Virus record (IMG/VR): IMGVR_UViG_3300008262_006988
Source: a virus
Strand: one strand, 5' to 3'
Length of the DNA: 64,000 bases
Shown: piece after piece, positions 8,870-18,083 of the stretch
Layout: the number at the start of each line of letters is the position of its first letter
Numbering within the stretch: position 1 is the first letter of the stretch
Notes under the pieces: model-generated
The model's database searches: none
Told to the model about the DNA's origin: nothing
The model's input: only the letters and a program-made list of their open reading frames with translations
Program-made: the position numbers and the translations under genes

Positions 8870-9945
8870 TGATGCATTAATTTTATTTTATGTTCGTTAG
8901 TTAATTCCTTATTATTCAGCATATGGAAAATATAAGACGTTCGATTAGTATTTGTATATGTTGCAATTATGAATTCAGCTTGTTGTTTTCTTGTTTCAAA
9001 ATTTCGTATGCTTTTGACAAAATCCTTCATACTCTCTATCAACTCTGCTACATGGCTACCAGTATCACATATCTTTGTAATTAATGGATCAAGTTGCCGT
9101 ACAATTTCAAAATCAAATTCTGTCTCTATCTTCTTAGAGAAGACGTCATACGACGGCATGCCAGATTCTACATAGTATTCAATCAAGTTATTTTCAGAGT
9201 TCAATTGAGATTTTACTCTATGAAGAAATAAATACCAGTCAGATTTTAATTTAATTCGGTTTTGCCCATTATTATACGATATAACAATACCTTCTTTACC
9301 TTTCCAGTGCTTAATTGTTTCTGCTATTTTAGAAAGATCATTAGTATCTAAGAAATTATATGATTGAGGCACAGGCATCTGCCCGATCTTTCTCCATATA
9401 TCGATTAAATCAGATGAAGAGACAACACACATTCCGTTCTTGTTTATGGCGCCAATAAGATAGAATTCTATTTGCTGTGGTCTAACAACAATAACATTAT
9501 TAGGTGTTACAATCTCAAACAAAAGAGTTAAGTGTTGATTGTCTTTTAAAAACTCTTTTACTTTTGGGTATCTCTCTGGTAACAATTCAAAATCTCTAGC
9601 GTTTTCTTGCAATGTATAAGAAACAGTTCCTCTCGTTCTCATTGAGAACTGCTCATTAACATAGTCTGCAATAAGCAAAGAGCCGTCGATTTTATCTTCA
9701 AGCTTCCAGTCATTAAACTCTTCAGGCTTTGGATAACAGTCAGGCTTTTCACCGTAATTAAAAAACTTTGGAAAGCCAGAAGATAAAACATTACCTTCTT
9801 TATCTGTAATCAAAGAGCGGTAAAATAAATTATTATTACTCCACTTTGCGTCAATTTGCGGAGTTACAAGATAACAATCTAAACCGCAAAACTTATTCGG
9901 AGTAATATTAAAATACCCTTCTTCTACTGGTAAATGTACTTTCAT
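8860..9945 (-). CDS. RNA ligase, T4 Rnl1/RnlA-like
   Basis: SGFPKFFNYGE, motif I EDKIDGSL, FEIVTPNN, EGIV, IKLKSDWY. Confidence 0.85.
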   Translation of the reverse strand: MKVHLPVEEGYFNITPNKFCGLDCYLVTPQIDAKWSNNNLFYRSLITDKEGNVLSSGFPKFFNYGEKPDCYPKPEEFNDWKLEDKIDGSLLIADYVNEQFSMRTRGTVSYTLQENARDFELLPERYPKVKEFLKDNQHLTLLFEIVTPNNVIVVRPQQIEFYLIGAINKNGMCVVSSSDLIDIWRKIGQMPVPQSYNFLDTNDLSKIAETIKHWKGKEGIVISYNNGQNRIKLKSDWYLFLHRVKSQLNSENNLIEYYVESGMPSYDVFSKKIETEFDFEIVRQLDPLITKICDTGSHVAELIESMKDFVKSIRNFETRKQQAEFIIATYTNTNRTSYIFHMLNNKELTNEHKIKLMHQCL

Positions 9946-10968
9946 TTAGAATCCCATTCTAGATGTTTTGAAGTCAGACGAACATGGCTTCAAATCAAGT
10001 AGATCGCGAATTCGCTTAACTGATTTTTCAAATGGATTACCGAGACATTTAACAGATATAACAAGCTCGGTCATAGCTGCAAATGTAAAGTTATCAGTTG
10101 CATCAACCCATTTTTTAGCTTCTGCTTCACTTATCTTTAATTTCTGAGTAAAGTAGAATAAGCGCATATCAGGCTCAGGGTAACCTATTTTCACTACACG
10201 ATCAAACCTTCTCGGTCTGCCAATAAGACGCTTATCGAGCTTCTCAGGGTAATTGGTGGTAGCTATATTAAGTACATGATCAATAGAGTCTTCACCGTCA
10301 AGCAATGTTAAGAGATGTGAATCTCCAAACCGATCTACAATAGCATCGATATCTTCAAATAAGCAAACAATATCACGATTTGGCTCAATTCTAGAAAAAT
10401 ATTTTAACCCTTCCTGAACAGTGCTTGGATGTGTATCGCATATGAATACAATACCACCATTGTCAACAATCTTCTGTGTAATTTGTTTTATAAGTACAGT
10501 CTTACCGGTACCCGGCGGACCATAAAACATATATCCCCGTCTCTGCAAATAGCCATACTCTTCAAATACTGTTCGTTTCTTCCAGAAATTCTGTATCTCG
10601 CCAACTACATCCTCAATTAACTCATCTCTAAAAGTTAACCATTCATCCGATTTTATTGGTGATGGCTCGAATAAAGGCATGCCATTTTCGGTTTTGAATA
10701 TCTTGTATACACCCGGGCTAAGTCTCTTAACAGTCTTACCACAAGGTATAAATGCATCACCAAATTGTGAGTATTGTATATACTTCGTGCCATATTTTGC
10801 AGCAGCGTCACTCTTCTTTAAAATTAATTTTTCGGGCGGCCTCATCATTTCGCGTTCAAAAGCACTCTCTTCATCATCTTCATCATCGTACTCTGGATCA
10901 GAGCCATCCATTTCACTCTCATCACCAAAATCGTCGAGAGTACTTTCGTCCTTTTTTGATTCAAACAT
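9946..10968 (-). CDS. AAA+ ATPase with acidic N-terminus
   Basis: Walker A GPPGTGKT, Walker B CLFEDID, TTNYPEKLD..RPRRFD. Confidence 0.88.
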   Translation of the reverse strand: MFESKKDESTLDDFGDESEMDGSDPEYDDEDDEESAFEREMMRPPEKLILKKSDAAAKYGTKYIQYSQFGDAFIPCGKTVKRLSPGVYKIFKTENGMPLFEPSPIKSDEWLTFRDELIEDVVGEIQNFWKKRTVFEEYGYLQRRGYMFYGPPGTGKTVLIKQITQKIVDNGGIVFICDTHPSTVQEGLKYFSRIEPNRDIVCLFEDIDAIVDRFGDSHLLTLLDGEDSIDHVLNIATTNYPEKLDKRLIGRPRRFDRVVKIGYPEPDMRLFYFTQKLKISEAEAKKWVDATDNFTFAAMTELVISVKCLGNPFEKSVKRIRDLLDLKPCSSDFKTSRMGF

Positions 10969-11010
10969 AAAATATATTATACTACCACGAAGTTATTATA
11001 CAACTTGTAA

Positions 11011-11703
11011 TTATTGATGCATCCATAGCTCATTGATATCGAGCAATCTATGTTTACAATTATTAATTTCTTCAGCCCAGCTAAAGTGAAAGTGTCCATA
11101 TAGATGCGATGATGGCTTACATAGCTTGAATATCTCATCCATCACAGCACGCTCATCGGTTAAATCTTCAATTAAATACGCATCCTCTCTTGCCCAACCA
11201 TACACCATTTCATTAAAGGTCTGCGGTGAACACCATGAGGGCGCTGTATGTGTTACAAGAATATCAACCTTTTGACATAAATCTCTATCAAAGACGACAC
11301 CTTCATTTTCCCAGTATGAGATGTTAACCGCCCTACCTGTTCTATCAACAGATATAGCACCACCTATAAACTGAATGCCGCTAGAGCCATATTCACCAAT
11401 GGTATAGTCTTCAATCAGCTCAAAGTTATCTAAGCATACTCTATTGTTGCCTTTGAAATAAGCAGGGTCATCGTGATTACCTCTAATACCATAAAAGCTA
11501 ATACCGTTTTGCTTGAATTGCTTATTAAGCAAATCACACATTGCCATATCTTCATATGGATTAAAGCCAATACCCATGTCTCCTACTGAGATGATATTTA
11601 CGTTAGAAATTTTTTTAGCTTTTATTATAGAGAGTAGGTCACTCCATCTTCCATGATTGTCACCGAAGAACAATAATGGCTTCTCAGCATTAAGTTTTAG
11701 CAT
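11011..11703 (-). CDS. Calcineurin-like metallophosphoesterase
   Basis: GDNHG, VGD, RGNHD, THTAP, GHFH motifs. Confidence 0.88.
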   Translation of the reverse strand: MLKLNAEKPLLFFGDNHGRWSDLLSIIKAKKISNVNIISVGDMGIGFNPYEDMAMCDLLNKQFKQNGISFYGIRGNHDDPAYFKGNNRVCLDNFELIEDYTIGEYGSSGIQFIGGAISVDRTGRAVNISYWENEGVVFDRDLCQKVDILVTHTAPSWCSPQTFNEMVYGWAREDAYLIEDLTDERAVMDEIFKLCKPSSHLYGHFHFSWAEEINNCKHRLLDINELWMHQ

Positions 11704-11709
11704 TATGTA

Positions 11710-12354
11710 TTATTGTGGTGTGCTACCTTGCTCGTTCTGGAATTCAATAAGATCACCTTTAAGCTTCAATCCTGCGATGTTATCTGCGTCAAGGATGAAG
11801 TTACGGATTTTTGTTGATTTGAAGCCAAGCTTCTTCTTCAAATCTTCTTTAGCTTTCGTAAGCTCACCAACAGGGCCTTTCTTCGGTGTTGCAGCTGGTG
11901 TGATCTCTTCATACTTGACAGGAAAGCCAAAGATATGAATCTTATCGTTCGTGGTATTAACCATTACACCTTGACCGAGCTTGACATAAGGTTGCTCTGC
12001 AACTTTGCGCTGCTTAGGATTGAGGATCGACTCTTTTGCCTGAGCTTCAAGATCGCTCTCTGGTTGATAGTCGCGAAGCTTCTGCATGTCTTCTTCTTTA
12101 GCGCGCTTATAATCGACGTTAAAGTTAACAGTGTAAATACCTGATCCACCGGAAGTCTTGGACTTGTAGTAGAAAGAACCGAATGTTGCGCCTTTACTGA
12201 GATAGCCCTTAAGAAGGTTGACAAGAGTTGTAAAGTCGGTACCTTGCTGAATGCTGCCTTGCTGCTGAGGTGCTGGTGCTTCAGGTGCTTGCTGAGCATC
12301 GTCTTCGTTGATGCTGACATATTTGTTGACGAGTTGATCAAATGTAGTATTCAT
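11710..12354 (-). CDS. Late protein, putative internal head protein
   Basis: TATAAATA 10 nt upstream; N-terminus MNTTFDQLVNKYVSINE. Confidence 0.65.
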   Translation of the reverse strand: MNTTFDQLVNKYVSINEDDAQQAPEAPAPQQQGSIQQGTDFTTLVNLLKGYLSKGATFGSFYYKSKTSGGSGIYTVNFNVDYKRAKEEDMQKLRDYQPESDLEAQAKESILNPKQRKVAEQPYVKLGQGVMVNTTNDKIHIFGFPVKYEEITPAATPKKGPVGELTKAKEDLKKKLGFKSTKIRNFILDADNIAGLKLKGDLIEFQNEQGSTPQ

Positions 12355-12402
12355 ATTACATCTTTATTTATATAAAAAATGCTTGGAACGTGCAACACTT
12401 TT

Positions 12403-13503
12403 TTAGCTGACCTTTAGAGTTTTTCCTAAAGTCGAGATTGCAGCCTTCTTATTAGATACAATAACTGTCTCTACTGCAAAGTTTACATCTGTATAATTTA
12501 CGATAGAGAAGGCATTCTGCCAGTTAGCAGCTGATGCATAAAGAGGCTTGAGATTACAAGCACATCCGTTCTCATAGACACGAATAATACGCTCTTCTTG
12601 TGTTCCGATAGATGGAATACGCTGAGTAGTCATACCAACACGGTGAGTATGATTAGCCATGATCGAGGTAAACCACTTCTCAAAGAGACCGCGAGCTGAA
12701 TAACCACCGTGACGACGAACAACGTCGCCATGCATGACTATAAAGCCAGGTACTACCTCTACATAGTCAACAAGCTCAACCCTACTCCACGACGCTTGCG
12801 GTAGGAAGACTGACTTATACGAGAGTTTATCTTTGATCTCAGGGAGCTCAGCAATCTCACCAATACGATCGCTCAAATATCTCCACCAACGACCCTCATT
12901 ACCATCACCGGAGTGATTAGAGTTAGTCTCATAGATCTTGGTACCAAAAGGTGCAGTGATATCATGAAGCTGTTTAAGGAACTTATGGTATGCTTCACGC
13001 TCTTTAAGTAGAGAGCAAGTATAGCGAACGTCCTTTGGATAACGGCTAATAGCAAACATGTCCAACGTATCGCCGTTTAATACAACAGTAGAAGGTTTAA
13101 TCTCCTTTACCGCTTGAAGAAAGATATCAAGTACATTCCAGTCTTCAGTACCAAAGTGACAGTCACCAAGAACAAGTGCATACTTATTAGGCGTTTCATT
13201 TACCTGTGGAGCTGGCGGGGTATCGTAATGAATAGGAGCAAGCTGAAGGATAAAGTCCTTAAGATCCTCAATAGCATCTTCTGGTGCATTGTCGATTGCT
13301 CGCGTATAGGGTACTGGAGGAGCAAAATCATAATCAGATTGATCTTCTACTTGCACTGATGTACGTGTTGGTCTACGTCTATCCATAACCCAGTCCCAGA
13401 CCGTAGACGGCTTGGAATCGAGAATGGCAGCTATTTCTTTAAAGCTGCATCCCTCACGGCGTAGTTCTTTTGCTTGCTGTACTTTTGATGTTTGGTCTGT
13501 CAT
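12403..13503 (-). CDS. HTH-fused metallophosphoesterase
   Basis: N-terminal HTH (GCSFKEIAAILDSKPSTVWDW); GDCH, NGD..D, SNH, HGD, NHTHR. Confidence 0.8.
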   Translation of the reverse strand: MTDQTSKVQQAKELRREGCSFKEIAAILDSKPSTVWDWVMDRRRPTRTSVQVEDQSDYDFAPPVPYTRAIDNAPEDAIEDLKDFILQLAPIHYDTPPAPQVNETPNKYALVLGDCHFGTEDWNVLDIFLQAVKEIKPSTVVLNGDTLDMFAISRYPKDVRYTCSLLKEREAYHKFLKQLHDITAPFGTKIYETNSNHSGDGNEGRWWRYLSDRIGEIAELPEIKDKLSYKSVFLPQASWSRVELVDYVEVVPGFIVMHGDVVRRHGGYSARGLFEKWFTSIMANHTHRVGMTTQRIPSIGTQEERIIRVYENGCACNLKPLYASAANWQNAFSIVNYTDVNFAVETVIVSNKKAAISTLGKTLKVS

Positions 13504-13686
13504 ATATTTAAAAGGATGTTATTTTATGTTTTTGATTAATCAACTCTTAATTATGTTTACGGCTGTAAAGAGCGCTGCATAAACAATAGTTGTAATAAAA
13601 AAGAGAAGAATGGTCCAACATATTGCTTCAACTAATATAGCAGGTTTATTTTCATTATCGGGATTTAATTTCATAAAAATAATAAA

Positions 13687-13772
13687 TGGTGGGTGTGGAT
13701 GGATTCGAACCAACTCAACCAATGGTAACAGATTTACAGTCTGCTGCGACTCTCCAGCTTCGCCGCACACCC
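13687..13772 (-). tRNA. tRNA-Tyr(GUA)
   Basis: GGGTGTG...GCAGA-CTGTAAA-TCTGT, long variable arm, ends ACCA. Confidence 0.92.
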
Positions 13773-13776
13773 AAAT

Positions 13777-13851
13777 TGGTAGCGGGTGTGGGAATCGAAC
13801 CCACCTAAAGAGGCTTATGAGACCCCCCAATTCCCAGAATTGTAACCCGCA
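13777..13851 (-). tRNA. tRNA-Met(CAU), initiator-like
   Basis: TGCGGGT/ACCCGCT with 1:72 mismatch, A11-U24, anticodon loop CTCATAA, ends ACCA. Confidence 0.85.
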
Positions 13852-13899
13852 ATTTATAATTAATATATTACTATACTATTTTATTATATTCAAGCTTTT

Positions 13900-14604
13900 T
13901 TATACCTTTATATAAAAAAAGCCGTGCTTATCCTTACACTTTGTAGGATCAACAATAAACATGGTAATGGTCTTACGTAAGAAGCGTGTAAGCTCTACAG
14001 AATGCCAAGATTCTTCACTTCTACGAAATATTGTTGCTCTGTTGCCTTGTGCTTTCACTTCTTTTACCGCTGTAAAGCTTTCATCAGCGTTTTTAATTAA
14101 TAAATCCGTGCCTGGCATAGGTAAGTATTGTACCCTACCATCTACCGCACCAAAAGATGGGAAATATATAATCATCGAAACATACTTAGAAATATTATCA
14201 GTATGTGGCTCTAAAGCTTGGCGGTTTTCATGTGGCAAATCCCAACAATAATCACACATCCACCCTATATCACCATCAACTTCTACATTGAATTTATTCA
14301 AAATATTTTCAGCTAATTCTCTGGTAAAGATTTGTGAGAAAGTTTTGTATAGATTTTTTGCTTCGGGATTAGGATTCGACGTTTCAAGATCAAAAGCTGT
14401 TTTGATAAATCGATACTTCCACTTCATAAAGTCATGAAACCCTATATCCGTGTGTTCAGGAAAATAGCGATTTAATTGACGGTAAAATTCTTTGGGTAAA
14501 AAGTCATCAATTACAACATGTTGAAAAGGGTATTCTTCTACCTTTGTCTCATTTATCTTCTGCGTAATGAAACTACGCACTTCATCTGCTTTATCTGCAG
14601 CCAT
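13900..14604 (-). CDS. 2OG-Fe(II) oxygenase superfamily protein
   Basis: YPFQHVVIDDFLP, HTD...SWHSV...R facial triad. Confidence 0.8.
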   Translation of the reverse strand: MAADKADEVRSFITQKINETKVEEYPFQHVVIDDFLPKEFYRQLNRYFPEHTDIGFHDFMKWKYRFIKTAFDLETSNPNPEAKNLYKTFSQIFTRELAENILNKFNVEVDGDIGWMCDYCWDLPHENRQALEPHTDNISKYVSMIIYFPSFGAVDGRVQYLPMPGTDLLIKNADESFTAVKEVKAQGNRATIFRRSEESWHSVELTRFLRKTITMFIVDPTKCKDKHGFFYIKV

Positions 14605-14617
14605 ATAATAAGATTTA

Positions 14618-15505
14618 TTACTGTATGTAATTAAAAGCTAGATTATTTTTCTCAAAATAATCTTTTGCTTGATCGATCATTTCACGTGAAAGGTTTACCA
14701 TCTTTAATTGATACTCTCTACGCAATTTTGGATCTCTACTCATAACAGAAAAGAACTCTTCTCTATGCGAGATAGGTGCAGGTAAAGGCAATTCTTTATA
14801 TTTTAAATAATTCTCTGGAGGTGTTTTCGCAAAAACTTCTATGCTCTTTAAGAATGTTTCGAGCTTAATAGTATAATATCTTATTACATTACTTGCTTTA
14901 TTTTTAGCAATTTCATCTTCAATAACTTTTAAATGACTATTAAATGCCTTACGGATCTGTGCTACAAGACCACCGATAGTCGCTTCTCTCTCCATAGGCT
15001 CACTATAATAAGCAGCTTTTCTCTTTGGACCGAATTGCTTTGCTGTTACAGCACGTGAATATGCTGTCGACATTTTTTTATAATGCTGTACAGCGTGTAT
15101 CGTTTCATGAGTAATCGTCTCGTGTATATACGATGACGATTCGTATTTCAAGTTATTATGATATAAGAAAATCTCATTACCGTCATCAAAATATACACCA
15201 CCGTCACTACCCTTACTATTAAACACAACAAAGACGTTTACAGTGCGCTTTTCTTTTGTAGAGCGATCTCTAATGTGAATAGGTCCAAGAAAGTCATACC
15301 GTGGTTTGAGCTTGTTAGATTCTGGCTCAATATTAAGTTTTTGATATAGTGATGGACTGAGAGGTTCAGATATTTTTTTAATACCCTCAGAATCCAAGCT
15401 CTGCATTTTTTTAACATATTTTGCAGCGAGTCTATCTACCTGGGTTTGTTCTGTCTTATTGAGCGCAAACACTCGCTTTTCAACAAAAAATTCCTTAAAG
15501 TTCAT
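14618..15505 (-). CDS. Zincin-like metallopeptidase, putative internal head protein
   Basis: HETIH (HExxH) plus downstream YY..PMEREA; leader MNFKEFFVE; TAAATA 7 nt upstream. Confidence 0.7.
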   Translation of the reverse strand: MNFKEFFVEKRVFALNKTEQTQVDRLAAKYVKKMQSLDSEGIKKISEPLSPSLYQKLNIEPESNKLKPRYDFLGPIHIRDRSTKEKRTVNVFVVFNSKGSDGGVYFDDGNEIFLYHNNLKYESSSYIHETITHETIHAVQHYKKMSTAYSRAVTAKQFGPKRKAAYYSEPMEREATIGGLVAQIRKAFNSHLKVIEDEIAKNKASNVIRYYTIKLETFLKSIEVFAKTPPENYLKYKELPLPAPISHREEFFSVMSRDPKLRREYQLKMVNLSREMIDQAKDYFEKNNLAFNYIQ

Positions 15506-15512
15506 TTAATAT

Positions 15513-15541
15513 TATTTAGTAAATACTAGAGGTTATAAATA
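15513..15541. promoter_or_regulatory. Divergent T4-type late promoters
   Basis: TAAATA on minus (15513-15518) and TATAAATA on plus (15534-15541). Confidence 0.65.
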
Positions 15542-15551
15542 TAATTGTAAT

Positions 15552-16661
15552 ATGCGGAACTTCAAGAATTATTTTTTTTCGGAAAATATTTATAGAGATA
15601 AAGATTCTGGTAAGCTGATCTATAAAGTTAATCCGAAAGAAATAGCCAAACTCGGTGCATTTCTTGATGATAATCAGCAATTAGTAGCAAAAGAAATATT
15701 TTTAAATACAACGGTAAAAGGAAATATGTCTACTTATATTCCTACAAAGCAAGCAAAAATGTTTATTGGTTATGATGTTTATTCTACTACGTCAGGTGAG
15801 GGAAAAGAAGTAAGAAATAGTGTATATGCAACAGTAAAAGGATCAAGTAATTTATATAAAGGTGCAGGGTACGATAAGCCATTTCAAGCTATACCAAAAG
15901 AGGATTATGAGATGTTAATAACGAGAGCAGTTGATGCATTTATCGGCACTGTAACTGCACCATACGACTTTATCTTGTATCCGTCAAGTAGATCGTCGCA
16001 CGCACAAGATATTGCTGAAACGATAGCTAACAAATTAAAAACAAAATTCTCAAGTGGTATAATGCAAAAGCGAGCACAAAATTGCTCAGTACAGAAAATA
16101 CCCAAAAAGCTCGTTACACCAGATACAATGAAAGAAGTTGTCCGTATTAATGAGCTTGTTGAAAAAACTGTTTCTTTAATTGAAAAATTTGCAAATACTA
16201 CGTTAAGTAGTGAATCAAAAAATAAAGTCACACAATTTTTAACAGATGCGCTTGTTGATTTTCTTTATACAAAAGCAACAACCGTTGAACCCAATACAGA
16301 ATTCTCTACTGCATCACACCTCCGTTCTACTTTTAATGAAGCAATTTTTAAAGACGCAGTTGACACTTTAAACGCTGGCAGCTTTATACCAGAGCTACAA
16401 GGTAAACTTACAGGATTTAAGATGAGCGGGCATCTTGATGCATACAGCGATTCACATTTTGTTCTTGATGAACTTATTCAGCAATTAAGCCAATACATGG
16501 GCAATGCTAAATCGAGAGAATGGATAGGAGCTACAAGAATTCTCGCTGTCGATGATAATATTAACAGTGGTGATATGTATAAACAACTCTCGCCACTTGG
16601 TAATACTTTAAAATATTGTGATTATTTCTTTCTGATGAAAGATTTAAAATATAAGATCTAA
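15552..16661 (+). CDS. Phosphoribosyltransferase-like protein, putative internal head protein
   Basis: YDFILYPSSRS and PRPP-loop-like ILAVDDNINSG; leader MRNFKNYFFSE. Confidence 0.6.
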   Translation: MRNFKNYFFSENIYRDKDSGKLIYKVNPKEIAKLGAFLDDNQQLVAKEIFLNTTVKGNMSTYIPTKQAKMFIGYDVYSTTSGEGKEVRNSVYATVKGSSNLYKGAGYDKPFQAIPKEDYEMLITRAVDAFIGTVTAPYDFILYPSSRSSHAQDIAETIANKLKTKFSSGIMQKRAQNCSVQKIPKKLVTPDTMKEVVRINELVEKTVSLIEKFANTTLSSESKNKVTQFLTDALVDFLYTKATTVEPNTEFSTASHLRSTFNEAIFKDAVDTLNAGSFIPELQGKLTGFKMSGHLDAYSDSHFVLDELIQQLSQYMGNAKSREWIGATRILAVDDNINSGDMYKQLSPLGNTLKYCDYFFLMKDLKYKI

Positions 16662-16852
16662 ATTAGCTGTGAGACTAATTGCTCTATCTCTCTGTCGAGC
16701 TCTTCAAGCTCTTCCTCAATACTATTAAGCTCATTCAATAGCATAGTAGCTTTGTCTTTATCAATGTGAAAAGCGTCAAGAATATCATCTTGCATCTTCT
16801 TTACATTATCCTTTGTTTCTGCAACTTCTGCCAGTTCTTTATATATGTTCAT
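16658..16852 (-). CDS. Small acidic coiled-coil protein
   Basis: 64-aa ORF. Confidence 0.55.
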   Translation of the reverse strand: MNIYKELAEVAETKDNVKKMQDDILDAFHIDKDKATMLLNELNSIEEELEELDREIEQLVSQLI

Positions 16853-17085
16853 TTAAGTATAATTTGTTTGTTGGTCATGAGGTTTGTAACACGATAATTA
16901 CGCTCTTCTACCGGGTAGTACAAGCTATATTTTGCGTAATATTTCTTTACTTCGTCCATTGTTTTGAATGGCGACAACATAACGTCGTACCATGCACATT
17001 TCACTCCTCTGCGTTCTACTTTATACATATTAGTCTTTATAGTTTCTATTGATAAGTTTAAACCCAAGTGGTCTCCGTGATTCAA
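16849..17085 (-). CDS. Hypothetical protein (true start probably the downstream MYKVERR)
   Basis: ORF between ligase and next gene. Confidence 0.45.
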   Translation of the reverse strand: MNHGDHLGLNLSIETIKTNMYKVERRGVKCAWYDVMLSPFKTMDEVKKYYAKYSLYYPVEERNYRVTNLMTNKQIILK

Positions 17086-18043
17086 ATGAACGCGGGTAGC
17101 TTGAAGGTCTCACAACAATACCTTCTGCCTCCCAACCACTAGCATATTTTTGCTTGTCCGCAAGTTCTTGTAGTTTTTGCAATGGGTCTGTCCATAACTT
17201 AATAGTAGATGCTACTTCTAGTTTTGCAATCAAAGGTACGACATCACATTTAAGTTCATTTTCACAAAAATTCTTCATTACATCATATGACATATAAATA
17301 CCACCTGTTTTGATTTGAAAAACAAATATACGTACATCTTCGAGCTTGAGCGGGTTTCCTTGAATACCATTACCTGTTAATTCACCTTGAATAACACCTG
17401 TAAAGCTTTGTGGTATGTTTAGCTTTCTGGCTGCTTTCCAGAAAGCTGAGTTTTCTGTATCCTTCTTTGATAGATTTCTTGAGCATACTTGTGTTATTTT
17501 ACCTTCTTCAACTATTATTGTAATACTACTACCGTCAATCTTCTGTGTTATAGTGACTTCAGGTTCACTATGCAAGACTTTTTGCACGAGCTCTGGATCA
17601 TTTAATCCATTATCCTCATCTGTCTTTGAGGCAAGACTTGTAGGAAAATCACCGACATTTTCACCAGCAAGATGAGCTGGTATTTCTTTTACATATTTTT
17701 TAATGCCAAGAAGCTCGGTTAAATTTTCCCCTACAACAGTTGTTTCGGTAAATTGTGGTGTAAACTCACTCAAAGAAACAACCAATCCTGAACTATATTC
17801 ACCACGAAGTTTGATGTTTTTGATTCGAATAGGTTTATCGGGGTTATTTTTATCAGCTAAGAAATCTGACCAATGGTAGCGTGGTACTATACTATCAATG
17901 GTAATGAAGATGACTTTATCACCTTCTTTATGAATTCCTTTCTTAACCACTGTTTGCCACCCGAGAACTTCTGCAATTTCTAAAGAATCAGCATTCGGAT
18001 GCTTTCTAATATTTTTGATTATCTCAATAGATGCGAGCTTCAT
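17030..18043 (-). CDS. RNA ligase, DRB0094/Rnl2-like family
   Basis: KLASIE..HPNADSLE...IKLRGEYSSGL N-domain; motif I TQKIDGSS, QGEL, EGIVVRP, FKLIN. Confidence 0.88.
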   Translation of the reverse strand: MKLASIEIIKNIRKHPNADSLEIAEVLGWQTVVKKGIHKEGDKVIFITIDSIVPRYHWSDFLADKNNPDKPIRIKNIKLRGEYSSGLVVSLSEFTPQFTETTVVGENLTELLGIKKYVKEIPAHLAGENVGDFPTSLASKTDEDNGLNDPELVQKVLHSEPEVTITQKIDGSSITIIVEEGKITQVCSRNLSKKDTENSAFWKAARKLNIPQSFTGVIQGELTGNGIQGNPLKLEDVRIFVFQIKTGGIYMSYDVMKNFCENELKCDVVPLIAKLEVASTIKLWTDPLQKLQELADKQKYASGWEAEGIVVRPSSYPRSFESRRPLGFKLINRNYKD

Positions 18044-18050
18044 GCTCTAT

Positions 18051-18078
18051 ATCATAGCAGCAAATACTAGTGAATCAA
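18051..18078 (-). promoter_or_regulatory. Sigma70-like early promoter
   Basis: TTGATT-N16-TATGAT, 7 nt before ATG 18043. Confidence 0.6.
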
Positions 18079-18083
18079 GCTTT

